A stretch of 64,000 bases of DNA from a virus (lineage: Duplodnaviria > Caudoviricetes): the IMG/VR virus record IMGVR_UViG_3300028381_000007, positions 4,167 to 68,166 of that record; one strand, given 5' to 3'. The position numbers and the translations under genes are program-made. The notes under the pieces were generated by a model. It worked only from the letters and a program-made list of their open reading frames with translations, was not told where the DNA came from and ran no database searches. The stretch's first letter is position 1, and every line of letters starts with the position of its first letter. Of the stretch, positions 1 to 8,559 are shown piece by piece.

Positions 1-870
1 GGTCGGTTCCGTCGTGAACCCGGCCGCCTGCGCGTGGCCCCCACCACCGTACCGTTTGGCAACCTCGGCGACATTGAAGCCGGTCGACCGCAACCCCCAT
101 TGCCGGTGGCCGTCGCGCCGATCCATGTAGTAGGCCGCGAACGGGGCCTCGTTGTGGAGGCGGCACAGCTCCTCGCCAACCTCGGAGAAGAATACCGTCG
201 CGTTGACCACCGGTACGTGCCACTCCCCGATGAATGCCCATCGGCTCTGCTGGCACATCGTGGAGACTTGCTGGTCGACAAGCGTCAGGAGGGCCGCGGA
301 TTCACGAACGACCGCTTCGAACTCGTCCTCGAGGCGCATCGCGGCGGTGTGCCAGGCGAGCATGTCGTATGGGAAGCTCCGCATCCAGTAGGAGATCGCT
401 CGGCTGTGCGGGAGACGGAACCGCCACAGATCGCGATCCTCGGCGTAGTTGACGATGCGCGGCCGCGTCGGAAACCCGCCGACTCCTCTCCCGGGCTCGA
501 CGCCGTGGTCGGTGAAGCGGGCGCGGTTCTGGCGATCGAAGTAATCCCAGGTGATGCCGGCCCCCGAGCGCTCCATGTCGAACTCGGCCGCGAAGCCCTC
601 GGGATCGCGAAGCTCGTCCGCCGCGGTCTCATGGTGGTCGAGGACCAGGACCTGCGTCCGCTGTCCCCATTCCTGGAGCTGCGCACGGGGATAGCTGAAA
701 TCGAGCACGTAGATGTGCTCTGTCTTCGCTGGGATCGTTGGCGGCGTCTGACCGTACAACACCGGGACGTAGCGGGCGGTGTCGCCGAAGACCTCGTGAG
801 CGACCCACGCGGCCGTCATCCCGTCCGGACAATTGGCGTGATACAACACGGTTACTTTCGGCTGGCTCAT
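1..870 (-). CDS. DHH/DHHA1-family phosphoesterase (3'-truncated by window edge; missing from ORF track)
   Basis: Hand translation from ATG at 870: MSQPKVTVLYHANCPDG...VLDFSY...VLVLDHH...FDMERSGAGITWDYF...EDRDLW...GGGGHAQAAGF. ATGA overlap with upstream stop; frame open to position 1. Confidence 0.9.
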   Translation of the reverse strand, partial: MSQPKVTVLYHANCPDGMTAAWVAHEVFGDTARYVPVLYGQTPPTIPAKTEHIYVLDFSYPRAQLQEWGQRTQVLVLDHHETAADELRDPEGFAAEFDMERSGAGITWDYFDRQNRARFTDHGVEPGRGVGGFPTRPRIVNYAEDRDLWRFRLPHSRAISYWMRSFPYDMLAWHTAAMRLEDEFEAVVRESAALLTLVDQQVSTMCQQSRWAFIGEWHVPVVNATVFFSEVGEELCRLHNEAPFAAYYMDRRDGHRQWGLRSTGFNVAEVAKRYGGGGHAQAAGFTTEPT

Positions 871-1058
871 CGGATCACCGGCTCGTCGTGCACGAGGGCC
901 ACGCTCTCGGGCTCTTCTGTCCCGTCGTAGTCCGCGCCCCACAGGGCGGCGACGTGGCGCTTCCAGGCCTCGATCGCGAGCGCGAAGCTCGGCGCCTCGA
1001 CGTAGTAGGACTCGTTGTCGAACTGGACGTGATAGAGCTTCGTCGTCGGCTCGCTCAT
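867..1058 (-). CDS. small hypothetical phage protein (63 aa)
   Basis: MSEPTTKLYHVQFDNESYYVEA...; coupled on both sides (TGATG and ATGA overlaps). Confidence 0.7.
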   Translation of the reverse strand: MSEPTTKLYHVQFDNESYYVEAPSFALAIEAWKRHVAALWGADYDGTEEPESVALVHDEPVIR

Positions 1059-1462
1059 CAGGATTCTCCTCGCTCGCGCAGCACGGCCGCGATGAGGGCC
1101 AGCCGCCCGGCGCCGAACACGAGACTCTCCGGGCGGGTCGCCGCGGCCTGGTCGAGGGTGTGGGCGGCCTGGAGCCCGTGCAGCGCCTCGGTCGACATGC
1201 CTTGAAACAGGGTCCACGCCGCCCGCGCGTCGTCGATCAGGGCGTCGTGTGAATGCCGCGAGGTCGGCGGCGCATCCCACCCCGCCTCGATGGCCGCTAG
1301 GTCGTGCTGGCACTGAGTGCATGGATCGGCTGGAGGCAGGCCAGCGGCGAGGCAATGGCAGATCGTCACGCGGAGATAGAGGCGACGGAGCGCGACAGCG
1401 ACCACGTCCTGCCGGTCCCCGGGGGCGACGTTGCGGAGTTGCGCGTGCAGCTCGGGCCTCAT
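1058..1462 (-). CDS. hypothetical protein with CxC/CxxC motifs
   Basis: ATG at 1462 overlaps the nuclease stop (ATGA); ICHC...CTQC. Confidence 0.65.
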   Translation of the reverse strand: MRPELHAQLRNVAPGDRQDVVAVALRRLYLRVTICHCLAAGLPPADPCTQCQHDLAAIEAGWDAPPTSRHSHDALIDDARAAWTLFQGMSTEALHGLQAAHTLDQAAATRPESLVFGAGRLALIAAVLRERGES

Positions 1463-3069
1463 GCCTTGCTCCTCGCAATGATCCCGCTCACGCACGCGAT
1501 CGCCGCCGCGTCGCCGGCGACGAGCGCCTTGACGAGGACGAGCAAGTCATTCAGCCCCGCGGCGCCGGCCTTCGTGAGATCAGCCGTGTCGCACGTCGCT
1601 TTGATGATCTCCGCCCACATGGCCTCCGGTGGCTGCCGCTCGAGCTGGCCCTTCGCGTCCGCGATCGCGGTGAGGAGCCCCTCGCGGGGATCGCCCTCGT
1701 CGACCAGGACCGCGGCGAGGGCGGGATCGGGGGTGCTCCCGGCGACGCCTGGAGACGTGGGGAATGAGCCCGTAGCCTCCGGCCGAGTCTCCGCGGCTGC
1801 AGCCGCGGTGTTGGTCGGTGGTGTCGACGCCGCCGGGGGCTCGGTAGTCGTGGGTCGATCGAGGATCGCTTTGACGCGCGCGATCGCCACCGGGTCCTTC
1901 TTGGCGAGACCCTTCACCGTCGCGAGCAGCTCCAGCAGCGCGCCGCGTCGGGCGTCCTGCACGGTCGTGACCCCCGTGTGCGCCAGCACGATGCGCAACC
2001 AGAGATCGTCCGCCGGCTGGCGGGCCAGCGCGGCCTTCGCGATGGCGAGGTCGGCAAGGACCTGGGCGCGCGCGGCGTCTTCGAAGGTCGGTTGACCATC
2101 GGCGGGAGCCTCCCCGCCGCGGTGCGCCCCAGGTGTCACGCCGGAAGGCTCGGCACCTGTTGTCGGGGTTGCGGCGTCGCCGTCCCCGTTTCCCTGGGAG
2201 CTATTGGAGACGGCCGGCCGCGTCCGCGCGTCCTGGCGGGCGCGCTCCTGCTCCTGCAGCCACTCCCACAGCCCCTTGACCTTGAGGAAGACCTCGAAGA
2301 GGGCTGCCTGGGATCCCGGGGGAATGATCTTGATCTCCGGCACCGGGTCGCTCTCGAGTTTCGGCAGCCGCACGATCACCCCGTGCACCGGCCCGGGCGC
2401 GTGGCCCATCTCCGCGAGCGCGGCGACGTACGCAGTATTCTGCAAGAGCGCCTCGGGATAGATGGCCTTGCCGCTCTTCCAGTCGAGCACTGCGGGACAG
2501 GGCACTCCATGGATCGTGATTGTCGCGAGGAGATCGAGTGTGCCCGCGTAGCCGTGCGTCGAGCTCCACACGACCTGCTCGATTCGCTGAGGCACGAGGG
2601 ACACCGTCTCCCGCCACGCCGCGAACTTCTGGTAAGCCACGAGGGCCTTCGGCGACAGCGGCGGGGGCGACGTCGCGACCACCTGCCGCAGCTCCTTCCG
2701 CAACACCCACTCGATGTGCTTGTGGACCTGGGTCCCGATCTCGGCCGCCTTCGCGAGCGCCGTCGTGTGCGCCTTCGTCGTGCCGAGGGCGTTCGTGAGC
2801 GCCGAGATGTACGCGGGCTTCTCGAGGGCCGGCTGGCCGAGCAGCTGCGCGTAGAGTGTGGCGGCCGCCTCGGTCACCAGTGTCCGCTCCTGATTCGCGG
2901 CCCAGGGCACCAGCGCGGGCTTGCCGATCGCATCCAGGATCGTCGTGACGGAGGGCAACAGCGCGCCCGTCGTTGGGATCTGATAGTGCCGCCCCGATCC
3001 CTTGATCTCGACGGTGCGCGGCGCCTCAGCAGGCGCTCCGACCAATGGCGGAACGGTGGCGGTGGCCAT
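1459..3069 (-). CDS. PD-(D/E)XK (Cas4/lambda-exonuclease-like) nuclease with duplicated C-terminal helical domain
   Basis: LPSVTTIL, GTQVHKHIE, YAGTLDL, LDWKSG motifs; two ~70-aa C-terminal repeats. Confidence 0.85.
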   Translation of the reverse strand: MATATVPPLVGAPAEAPRTVEIKGSGRHYQIPTTGALLPSVTTILDAIGKPALVPWAANQERTLVTEAAATLYAQLLGQPALEKPAYISALTNALGTTKAHTTALAKAAEIGTQVHKHIEWVLRKELRQVVATSPPPLSPKALVAYQKFAAWRETVSLVPQRIEQVVWSSTHGYAGTLDLLATITIHGVPCPAVLDWKSGKAIYPEALLQNTAYVAALAEMGHAPGPVHGVIVRLPKLESDPVPEIKIIPPGSQAALFEVFLKVKGLWEWLQEQERARQDARTRPAVSNSSQGNGDGDAATPTTGAEPSGVTPGAHRGGEAPADGQPTFEDAARAQVLADLAIAKAALARQPADDLWLRIVLAHTGVTTVQDARRGALLELLATVKGLAKKDPVAIARVKAILDRPTTTEPPAASTPPTNTAAAAAETRPEATGSFPTSPGVAGSTPDPALAAVLVDEGDPREGLLTAIADAKGQLERQPPEAMWAEIIKATCDTADLTKAGAAGLNDLLVLVKALVAGDAAAIACVSGIIARSKA

Positions 3070-3572
3070 CAGAAGGGCAGTCCATCTCCCTCGAGCTCAC
3101 CCGCTGCGACCGCACCACTTCCATCCTTCGCCCGATCCTTGAATCGCACGAAGTTGAGTGGCTCGAGCTTTTTCATCGTGGGCAGGCACGGCACGATCGC
3201 CTGGACGTTGGCGTAGACCCTCCCCTCATCCGCCACGTTGTGCACGACCTGCATCTGACAGTTGGCGCCAAGGAGTTTCTCGAGGTCAAAGCCCTTCAGC
3301 TCATCCCCCGTGAACGCCTTGCCGCGCCACATCTCCAGATGCTGGCGGAGCTTGGCCTTCTTGTGGAGCGAGACGGTGTACCGGCCCGCGACCTGGTGGC
3401 GCTCCCCGGTCTTTGCGACGGTGGGCACCTGCCAGACGATCCGGACCATGTGCTTGTCGCCGAACTCAGTCTTGACCATTCCCAGATCGACGATATCCAC
3501 GCACACGGCTTGCTGCAGCCCCTCGGGCGCGGGCTCGAATTGAGAAGACGTCTCCTTGACGAGGAAAGGCAT
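3069..3572 (-). CDS. phage ssDNA-binding/replication protein (NGO0469-like)
   Basis: EPAPEGLQQAVCVDIVDLG...SLHKKAKLRQHLEMWRGKAFT...FDLEKLLG; acidic tail ending LPF typical of SSBs; SD AAAGGAG. Confidence 0.7.
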   Translation of the reverse strand: MPFLVKETSSQFEPAPEGLQQAVCVDIVDLGMVKTEFGDKHMVRIVWQVPTVAKTGERHQVAGRYTVSLHKKAKLRQHLEMWRGKAFTGDELKGFDLEKLLGANCQMQVVHNVADEGRVYANVQAIVPCLPTMKKLEPLNFVRFKDRAKDGSGAVAAGELEGDGLPF

Positions 3573-3586
3573 GGGTGCGGCTCCTT

Positions 3587-3874
3587 TCAGGAAGCGAGGC
3601 ACGCCGAGCAGAGCGTGCCTTTCATCTGGTAGATCGTGAGGTCCGGGGCGGTCAGGGGGAAGAGAACAGGATCCCCGCAGTCACCACACGCGATGCCGAC
3701 GGTGTCGATTACGCAGGGGTCCGCCACGCGCGCCTCGGCGATCAGTTCGTGGCACTGGTCGCACCAGCCGGTGCCGGCGTCAGTCAGACGCCGGACGCTG
3801 TGCGTGCGCAGGACCAGCGGCGTCGGACGCCACGCGAGCCCGGGCACCATGTCGGACAGCGAGAAGAACGTCAT
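3587..3874 (-). CDS. Cys-rich small protein
   Basis: Three CxxC pairs (CDQC, CGDC, CSAC); ATGA coupling. Confidence 0.65.
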   Translation of the reverse strand: MTFFSLSDMVPGLAWRPTPLVLRTHSVRRLTDAGTGWCDQCHELIAEARVADPCVIDTVGIACGDCGDPVLFPLTAPDLTIYQMKGTLCSACLAS

Positions 3875-4047
3875 GGCGCGTTCTCGACCGCGGCGAGCGC
3901 GGCATTCCCATGCGCCTCGGCGCAGGCGCGGCACAGCTCGAGACTCGCTTCGTCGCCGACCACCGTCTGCTCGGCGGGATTCGGACAGCCGTCGATGGCG
4001 CCGCACGTGTCGGCCAAACACTGACACCGCTCGTAGGGGCGGGTCAT
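3871..4047 (-). CDS. Cys-rich micro-protein
   Basis: MTRPYERCQC...C...C...CRAC; ATGA coupling both ends. Confidence 0.6.
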   Translation of the reverse strand: MTRPYERCQCLADTCGAIDGCPNPAEQTVVGDEASLELCRACAEAHGNAALAAVENAP

Positions 4048-4337
4048 CGCGCGGCCGTCCCGAGGATCGAGCGCTCCAGGCGCGCCTGCTCGTCCGTCTC
4101 GGCGGAGATGCGGCGCTCGACGCCGTTGGTGTCCGTCACGATCCACAGACCCGCGCCGCCGCTGATGGTCGTGATGGCCCCGGTCTCGCGGAGGATGCTG
4201 AGCCATTGCTCGGTGTCCGCCCACTGGCTCGGCCCGGCGGTCGCCGGCTTGGACGCGGGGAACGCGCGATCGCCCCAGGGCCTCCGTCGGACCTCGGGCT
4301 GCCGGGTGCGACGCGGGGACCGGCGGCGGGCAGTCAT
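4044..4337 (-). CDS. hypothetical protein
   Basis: 97-aa ORF coupled by ATGA overlaps at both ends. Confidence 0.6.
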   Translation of the reverse strand: MTARRRSPRRTRQPEVRRRPWGDRAFPASKPATAGPSQWADTEQWLSILRETGAITTISGGAGLWIVTDTNGVERRISAETDEQARLERSILGTAAR

Positions 4338-4528
4338 GAGACCGGCGCCTCGACCTCAAGCCGCCGATAGTGGCCCGCCGCCGGCGCCCCGCAGGCGCAG
4401 CACCGCCGTGTCCCTGCGCAGAGATCGCACAGCACCGCCTCGCAGGCGCCCACCCACCGAGCACTGTGGTTCAGGCACCGCACCCCTTGCGTCTGCTTCC
4501 CCCGGCACTCGCACACGGGGGCGATCAT
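4334..4528 (-). CDS. Cys-rich micro-protein
   Basis: MIAPVCECRG...CDLC...CCAC; ATGA coupling. Confidence 0.6.
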   Translation of the reverse strand: MIAPVCECRGKQTQGVRCLNHSARWVGACEAVLCDLCAGTRRCCACGAPAAGHYRRLEVEAPVS

Positions 4529-4728
4529 GGGCGCGGCTCCGCGAGAGCCGCGTTCCCGGCGGTGACGTGATAGGCATAGCGATCGTCCGGCTTTGTTTCT
4601 TCGCGATTCAGCCACCGGGCGATGCTCTCGATCGCGGCGCTCCCGCAGCTCGGGCACCGGCCACTCGCGGACCCATCGAAGAGGGCGTCCTCATCGAGAC
4701 AGAGATACGCGCGCGCCAGCGCAATCAT
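4525..4728 (-). CDS. Zn-ribbon micro-protein
   Basis: MIALARAYLCLDED...CPSCGS; ATGA coupling. Confidence 0.6.
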   Translation of the reverse strand: MIALARAYLCLDEDALFDGSASGRCPSCGSAAIESIARWLNREETKPDDRYAYHVTAGNAALAEPRP

Positions 4729-4808
4729 CCGAACACCACGAGTGCCGCGATGAGGCAGCACAGGGCCGTCGCCACGCAGACCGCGATCGTGCCCAGCGCC
4801 TCTTTCAT
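4725..4808 (-). CDS. 27-aa single-pass membrane peptide
   Basis: MKEALGTIAVCVATALCCLIAALVVFG; ATGA coupling both ends. Confidence 0.5.
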   Translation of the reverse strand: MKEALGTIAVCVATALCCLIAALVVFG

Positions 4809-4957
4809 TGCGGCTGGGCTCGGGAGACGGGCACCGTCCGGTCGTCGAGCGTGAGTGCCGGGATGGCGTCGACGAGGGCGGTGAGGGTCTGGCCGCACTT
4901 GGAACATTCCAGGTCGGTCAGGCGCCGGCGGAGCACGTGGACACAGGTGGCGCTCAT
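4805..4957 (-). CDS. Zn-ribbon micro-protein
   Basis: MSATCVH...CSKC; ATGA coupling. Confidence 0.55.
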   Translation of the reverse strand: MSATCVHVLRRRLTDLECSKCGQTLTALVDAIPALTLDDRTVPVSRAQPQ

Positions 4958-5094
4958 TCCCCGCCCTCGGTCTCGGTCGCCGGCCACACATGGAACATCC
5001 ACCGGCGCGAGGTCGCGTTCACGAGCCGCTCAACCTCCGAGTGGACGTCTTCGCCGCTCGCGTGGTCGCTCGCGACAATCACATCCAGCACCAT
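4954..5094 (-). CDS. 46-aa hypothetical protein
   Basis: MVLDVIVASDH...; ends in ATGA overlap with next ORF. Confidence 0.5.
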   Translation of the reverse strand: MVLDVIVASDHASGEDVHSEVERLVNATSRRWMFHVWPATETEGGE

Positions 5095-5106
5095 CGTGAA
5101 AGACCT

Positions 5107-5131
5107 CGGCGTAACACATTGTGTTACGCCG
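5107..5131. promoter_or_regulatory. perfect 25-bp palindrome, probable operator
   Basis: CGGCGTAACACA-T-TGTGTTACGCCG, 12-bp perfect arms, intergenic, no U-tract. Confidence 0.7.
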
Positions 5132-5146
5132 GTAGGTTGCCTCGGG

Positions 5147-5635
5147 TCAGGCTGTAATACGGACGTCGGTCTTGAGGGCTTCTTCGACCTCTGCCATTTT
5201 GAGTCCATGGAGGAGCACCTCCCGCGCAACCGTCGTGTGGCCGAGGCCGCGCACCCGCGCTAGCGCCTGGAGCCGTTCGATGTCGCGGCGCTTCAGGCGA
5301 ATCACGTAGGGTTCCTTTCGCTGTGCCTTTGGGGTGATCGTGGATGGCCTGCGTCTCGATTTCTTCGGCGCCAGTGTCCCTGGATCCTGGCGCTTGGGAT
5401 CACGCGAATCCTCCAGAGGCACGCCCGCTGGGGTCACCTCCGCGAGCCGGAGCGCGATGAGATTCGCGAGCTTATCGAGACAGGGCTGTGATTTCGCCTT
5501 CCGTGTCAGGGTCATGCTCACGAGCGCGGGACTTTGCTCCGTCTCCTCGGCCGCACGCATCTGCGTGTAGCCGATGACCCGAAGGCCGCGCTTGACTCCA
5601 GTCACGGTCGCAGGATATTCAATTGAAGACATCAT
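5147..5635 (-). CDS. Cro-like regulator: N-terminal HTH plus C-terminal ribbon-helix-helix
   Basis: YTQMRAAEETEQSPALVSMTL (HTH-like); YVIRLKRRDIERLQALARVRGLGHTTVAREVL (RHH/CopG-like); divergent from repressor. Confidence 0.7.
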   Translation of the reverse strand: MMSSIEYPATVTGVKRGLRVIGYTQMRAAEETEQSPALVSMTLTRKAKSQPCLDKLANLIALRLAEVTPAGVPLEDSRDPKRQDPGTLAPKKSRRRPSTITPKAQRKEPYVIRLKRRDIERLQALARVRGLGHTTVAREVLLHGLKMAEVEEALKTDVRITA

Positions 5636-5699
5636 CAAGGGACCACACTGTATTCAATTTGAATCGTGCAAGTCAAGAGTGAATTTCAGTTGAATTCAA
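5618..5699. promoter_or_regulatory. divergent promoter/operator region of the lysis-lysogeny switch
   Basis: AT-rich island with TTCAATTGAA (5618-5627), ATTCAA-T-TTGAAT (5652-5664), TTCAGTTGAA (5685-5694), TTGAATTCAA (5690-5699); leftward TTGACT-N18-TACAGT. Confidence 0.75.
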
Positions 5700-5700
5700 T

Positions 5701-6159
5701 ATGACCAAGCGGCCCAAGGAAATCAAGGAGTTGAGCGAGCTCGTCAGACGTCGCGCCCGGCAAAAATTCGGGCAGCGGCGGTGGGCGCAACGGTTAGCGG
5801 AGGCCGTCGGTGTCTCGAAAGCGACGCTCAGCACCCGCCTTGGTCGGAACCAAACGTGGCCAGCCGAGTTTGAGCAGGCGCTGCAGACCACCCTGGGCCC
5901 GCTGCGCGACCATGGGAAGGTGCGCGCGGCCTCGCCTTTCGCCGAGTATCCGGCGGAGCTCCGCTATGGGCTCATGCTGATGGTCGCGTACTACATTGAA
6001 GTCGATGCCCTGCAGAAGCTCGACCATTGGGCGGGTACCCTCTTCGGATTTCAGCACGGTCTCCAGCGCGTTGCCCAGGAGGCACCCGCGAACCAGGCGG
6101 AACGGCTCACCACCTTGATGAAGGACTTGGCCGATGCGCGCGAGGCGGCATCGGCCTGA
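5701..6159 (+). CDS. putative CI-like repressor (XRE-type HTH)
   Basis: QRLAEAVGVSKATLSTRL HTH; divergent from cro-like gene across operator repeats; no SD (possibly leaderless). Confidence 0.75.
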   Translation: MTKRPKEIKELSELVRRRARQKFGQRRWAQRLAEAVGVSKATLSTRLGRNQTWPAEFEQALQTTLGPLRDHGKVRAASPFAEYPAELRYGLMLMVAYYIEVDALQKLDHWAGTLFGFQHGLQRVAQEAPANQAERLTTLMKDLADAREAASA

Positions 6160-6226
6160 TCCGGGCGCAAACCTTGCACGGTACACCGAGACACCTGACC
6201 GATCCTGTCCCCTTTGGTGGAGGATC

Positions 6227-6484
6227 ATGCGATCCGTATCCCGATTTATCATGGTGCAGCAGTGCATCGAAGATCTCTGGGCGTCTCGCGCCGACGGCCG
6301 TTGGTCGGCTCTGGAATGCGCACTTATCATCGTCCTCACCCCGAAGAAGGCAATCGCGCCTGCCGGTCTTCTTCCGGCCCAGCTCGCCGAGCGTCGCATG
6401 CGACAGCGTCGAAAGAACGTGATTGAGCTGAAGGACTACCTCGACAAGCGACGCCGCGCTGACCGTCGGAAACCGTCACTATGA
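6227..6484 (+). CDS. small hypothetical protein in the repressor operon
   Basis: GGAGG SD before ATG 6227; basic C-terminus NVIELKDYLDKRRR. Confidence 0.55.
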   Translation: MRSVSRFIMVQQCIEDLWASRADGRWSALECALIIVLTPKKAIAPAGLLPAQLAERRMRQRRKNVIELKDYLDKRRRADRRKPSL

Positions 6485-6604
6485 CCAATAACGCGCTACC
6501 AAATGCGGTGGGAACCCTGGAATCGCCAGCATTTTTGAGGGCGGATACGTTTCGATCCCCAATAAGCACACACGCGTCGCGTCGTGACAGATAGTGGAGG
6601 GGCT

Positions 6605-7219
6605 ATGAAGCTCGCGCTCGGAATTGCTGTGGCTATCTTGCTGGTGGGCGGGGCGTTGGCGCTTGGGGTGATGCTGTCCCAGTGGACCCGTCCCGTCGGG
6701 CTCCCCGTCGCATCGCCCGACTCCTCCGTAGCCCCGGCCGCAATCCCGCGGCCGCCGCCGGTGTCGGCGGAACAAACGCGCGCGGCGACCGACGGCTTGG
6801 CGGCCCTGAAGGCGCTCCAGTCTGTCACCCGTGTAGGCGTGACCTATGCCGAGTACATGCGACGGCTCGGAGATGCCAAGATCAAAATCGACCAAGCATC
6901 GGACCAGATCACGGAGGCGCCCGTTCGAGTCTCCCTCGAGAGTGCCATGCTCTACTACGAAGGCACCGGCCAGGTTTGGAACGCGAAGATCCAGAAGAGC
7001 GACATGCGCGGCATCCTCCAGATCTTCACCCCCAACTGTCAGCCGCTGGCCGAGTTGATGAGGGGCGCACAGTCTCCATCATGTGTTCGCAGTCCGGGAG
7101 CCGCGATCCCAACCGATCCGGCATGCTATATGCCAGAGGCGGCCGGCGTCGAGACGATGATGGGCTGCGCGACGCAACAAGTGGCCGAGGCGTCCCGGCT
7201 CATCGAGCGGCGCCCATGA
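6605..7219 (+). CDS. membrane-anchored hypothetical protein
   Basis: GGAGGGG SD; N-terminal TM helix, Pro-rich linker, helical domain with Cys residues. Confidence 0.75.
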   Translation: MKLALGIAVAILLVGGALALGVMLSQWTRPVGLPVASPDSSVAPAAIPRPPPVSAEQTRAATDGLAALKALQSVTRVGVTYAEYMRRLGDAKIKIDQASDQITEAPVRVSLESAMLYYEGTGQVWNAKIQKSDMRGILQIFTPNCQPLAELMRGAQSPSCVRSPGAAIPTDPACYMPEAAGVETMMGCATQQVAEASRLIERRP

Positions 7220-7761
7220 GATTCGCGCCGGCCGCCAGCTTGGTCGCCCTGCTTCTCGTCGGCACGCTCCATCATGAGGCCGCCGCCCAGGTCCGCTACG
7301 TCGATCGTGATGGCCACGTCTACTTCGTGGACTCCCTCGACCAGGTGCCCGCACCTTACCGTCCCGGCGCCACCGGAACCCCGACGAAGCTGGTGCCGCC
7401 GACGCCGTCGGGGATCAATTGGGAGCAGCGCTGGCGTGAGGCGGAAGCGCGGCGGGAGCGGGAACGTGCTGACCAGGAACGAACTGGAGCCATTCAGGAC
7501 CTCGACGCGGCCCGCCGGCAGGCGGACCAGGATCAGGCCCGCGGCGCTCAGGCTGCCGGCCAGGCCGCGCTCGACGGGCAGCGGCGCGCGGATCAGGCCG
7601 TCAAGACGGCCACCGATCTCTGTATCAGCCGCGTGCGCTATCAGACGCTTTCGCCCAAGCTCGACGCCTTCAGCCCGGCACCCGGGTACGTGGAGCTGCG
7701 CGGCACCCGGAACGAGCGGTACCTCTTCGACAAGTGCATGGCCGAGGAGTTCGGACGGTAA
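7216..7761 (+). CDS. secreted protein, DUF4124-like N-terminal domain
   Basis: Signal peptide then QVRYVDRDGHVYFVDSLDQVPAPYR; ATGA coupling. Confidence 0.7.
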   Translation: MRFAPAASLVALLLVGTLHHEAAAQVRYVDRDGHVYFVDSLDQVPAPYRPGATGTPTKLVPPTPSGINWEQRWREAEARRERERADQERTGAIQDLDAARRQADQDQARGAQAAGQAALDGQRRADQAVKTATDLCISRVRYQTLSPKLDAFSPAPGYVELRGTRNERYLFDKCMAEEFGR

Positions 7762-7801
7762 TCGACACCGTGCACCCTCACAGCAATGGAGGCTGATCCC
7801 C

Positions 7802-8020
7802 ATGGCGAAGACTGACCCCTTCCATCAGAAGCAACCGATCCTGGCCAACAGTCAGACCATCACGATGGACCGCATCGACGTCTTTGCCGATGGCTCGGTC
7901 GCGTATCACGATAACGATGCGTGTCCTGTGGGGCAGAAGATCGCACCCGCTGAGCGGGAACCTGGCAAGGGCAAGGACGGCGCGAAGCGGTGCCCCACGT
8001 GCGCCACGCTCAAGGAGTAG
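7802..8020 (+). CDS. small His/Cys metal-binding hypothetical protein
   Basis: GGAGG SD; PFH...YHDNDAC...CPTC. Confidence 0.6.
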   Translation: MAKTDPFHQKQPILANSQTITMDRIDVFADGSVAYHDNDACPVGQKIAPAEREPGKGKDGAKRCPTCATLKE

Positions 8021-8174
8021 CACTCCTCCCCGCCCCCACGTATTCACTCGCCCGCGCCGCGTGGATCCCAACGCTGGTGATCTGGCACGCGGACGGCCGC
8101 TTCACGCGCCTCGAGGGCGCGCCGTGCGCGGACTACGCGGCGGCGCTGGCCGCGAGCTGACGGCTACGGCCGGC

Positions 8175-8414
8175 ATGAGCCCGCCTCTCTGGATCGACGA
8201 GCTCGGCCACCGGCGGCCGACGCGCCCCTGCCCGCGCTGCCAGCGCGAGATTCCGGTCAACCGCTGGCCCGTGAGGACACTCCGCACCCAGGGCTGGCGG
8301 CCCTACGGCGTCGCGACGTGGGTCGAGTGGTGCGGCCATCAGCAGGAGGTCGTGCTGGTGCCAGCGGGGGACGGGTGGTATTCGGAGATTCCGGTGCTCG
8401 GGGTGGCGCGGTAG
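8175..8414 (+). CDS. small Zn-binding hypothetical protein
   Basis: MSPPLWIDELGHRRPTRPCPRC...WCGH. Confidence 0.55.
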   Translation: MSPPLWIDELGHRRPTRPCPRCQREIPVNRWPVRTLRTQGWRPYGVATWVEWCGHQQEVVLVPAGDGWYSEIPVLGVAR

Positions 8415-8559
8415 GAGTAAGGGCAGATTTGGCTTGAACTCAACTACCGATGCGCTACGCTGCGCGCACCCTGGTCCGCTGGCCGCAGCTCTTCCAGCGA
8501 CAGAAACGGGAGTGACGATGTCGGATTCCGCGATCCTCGCGATTCAAGGCGGTTGACGT

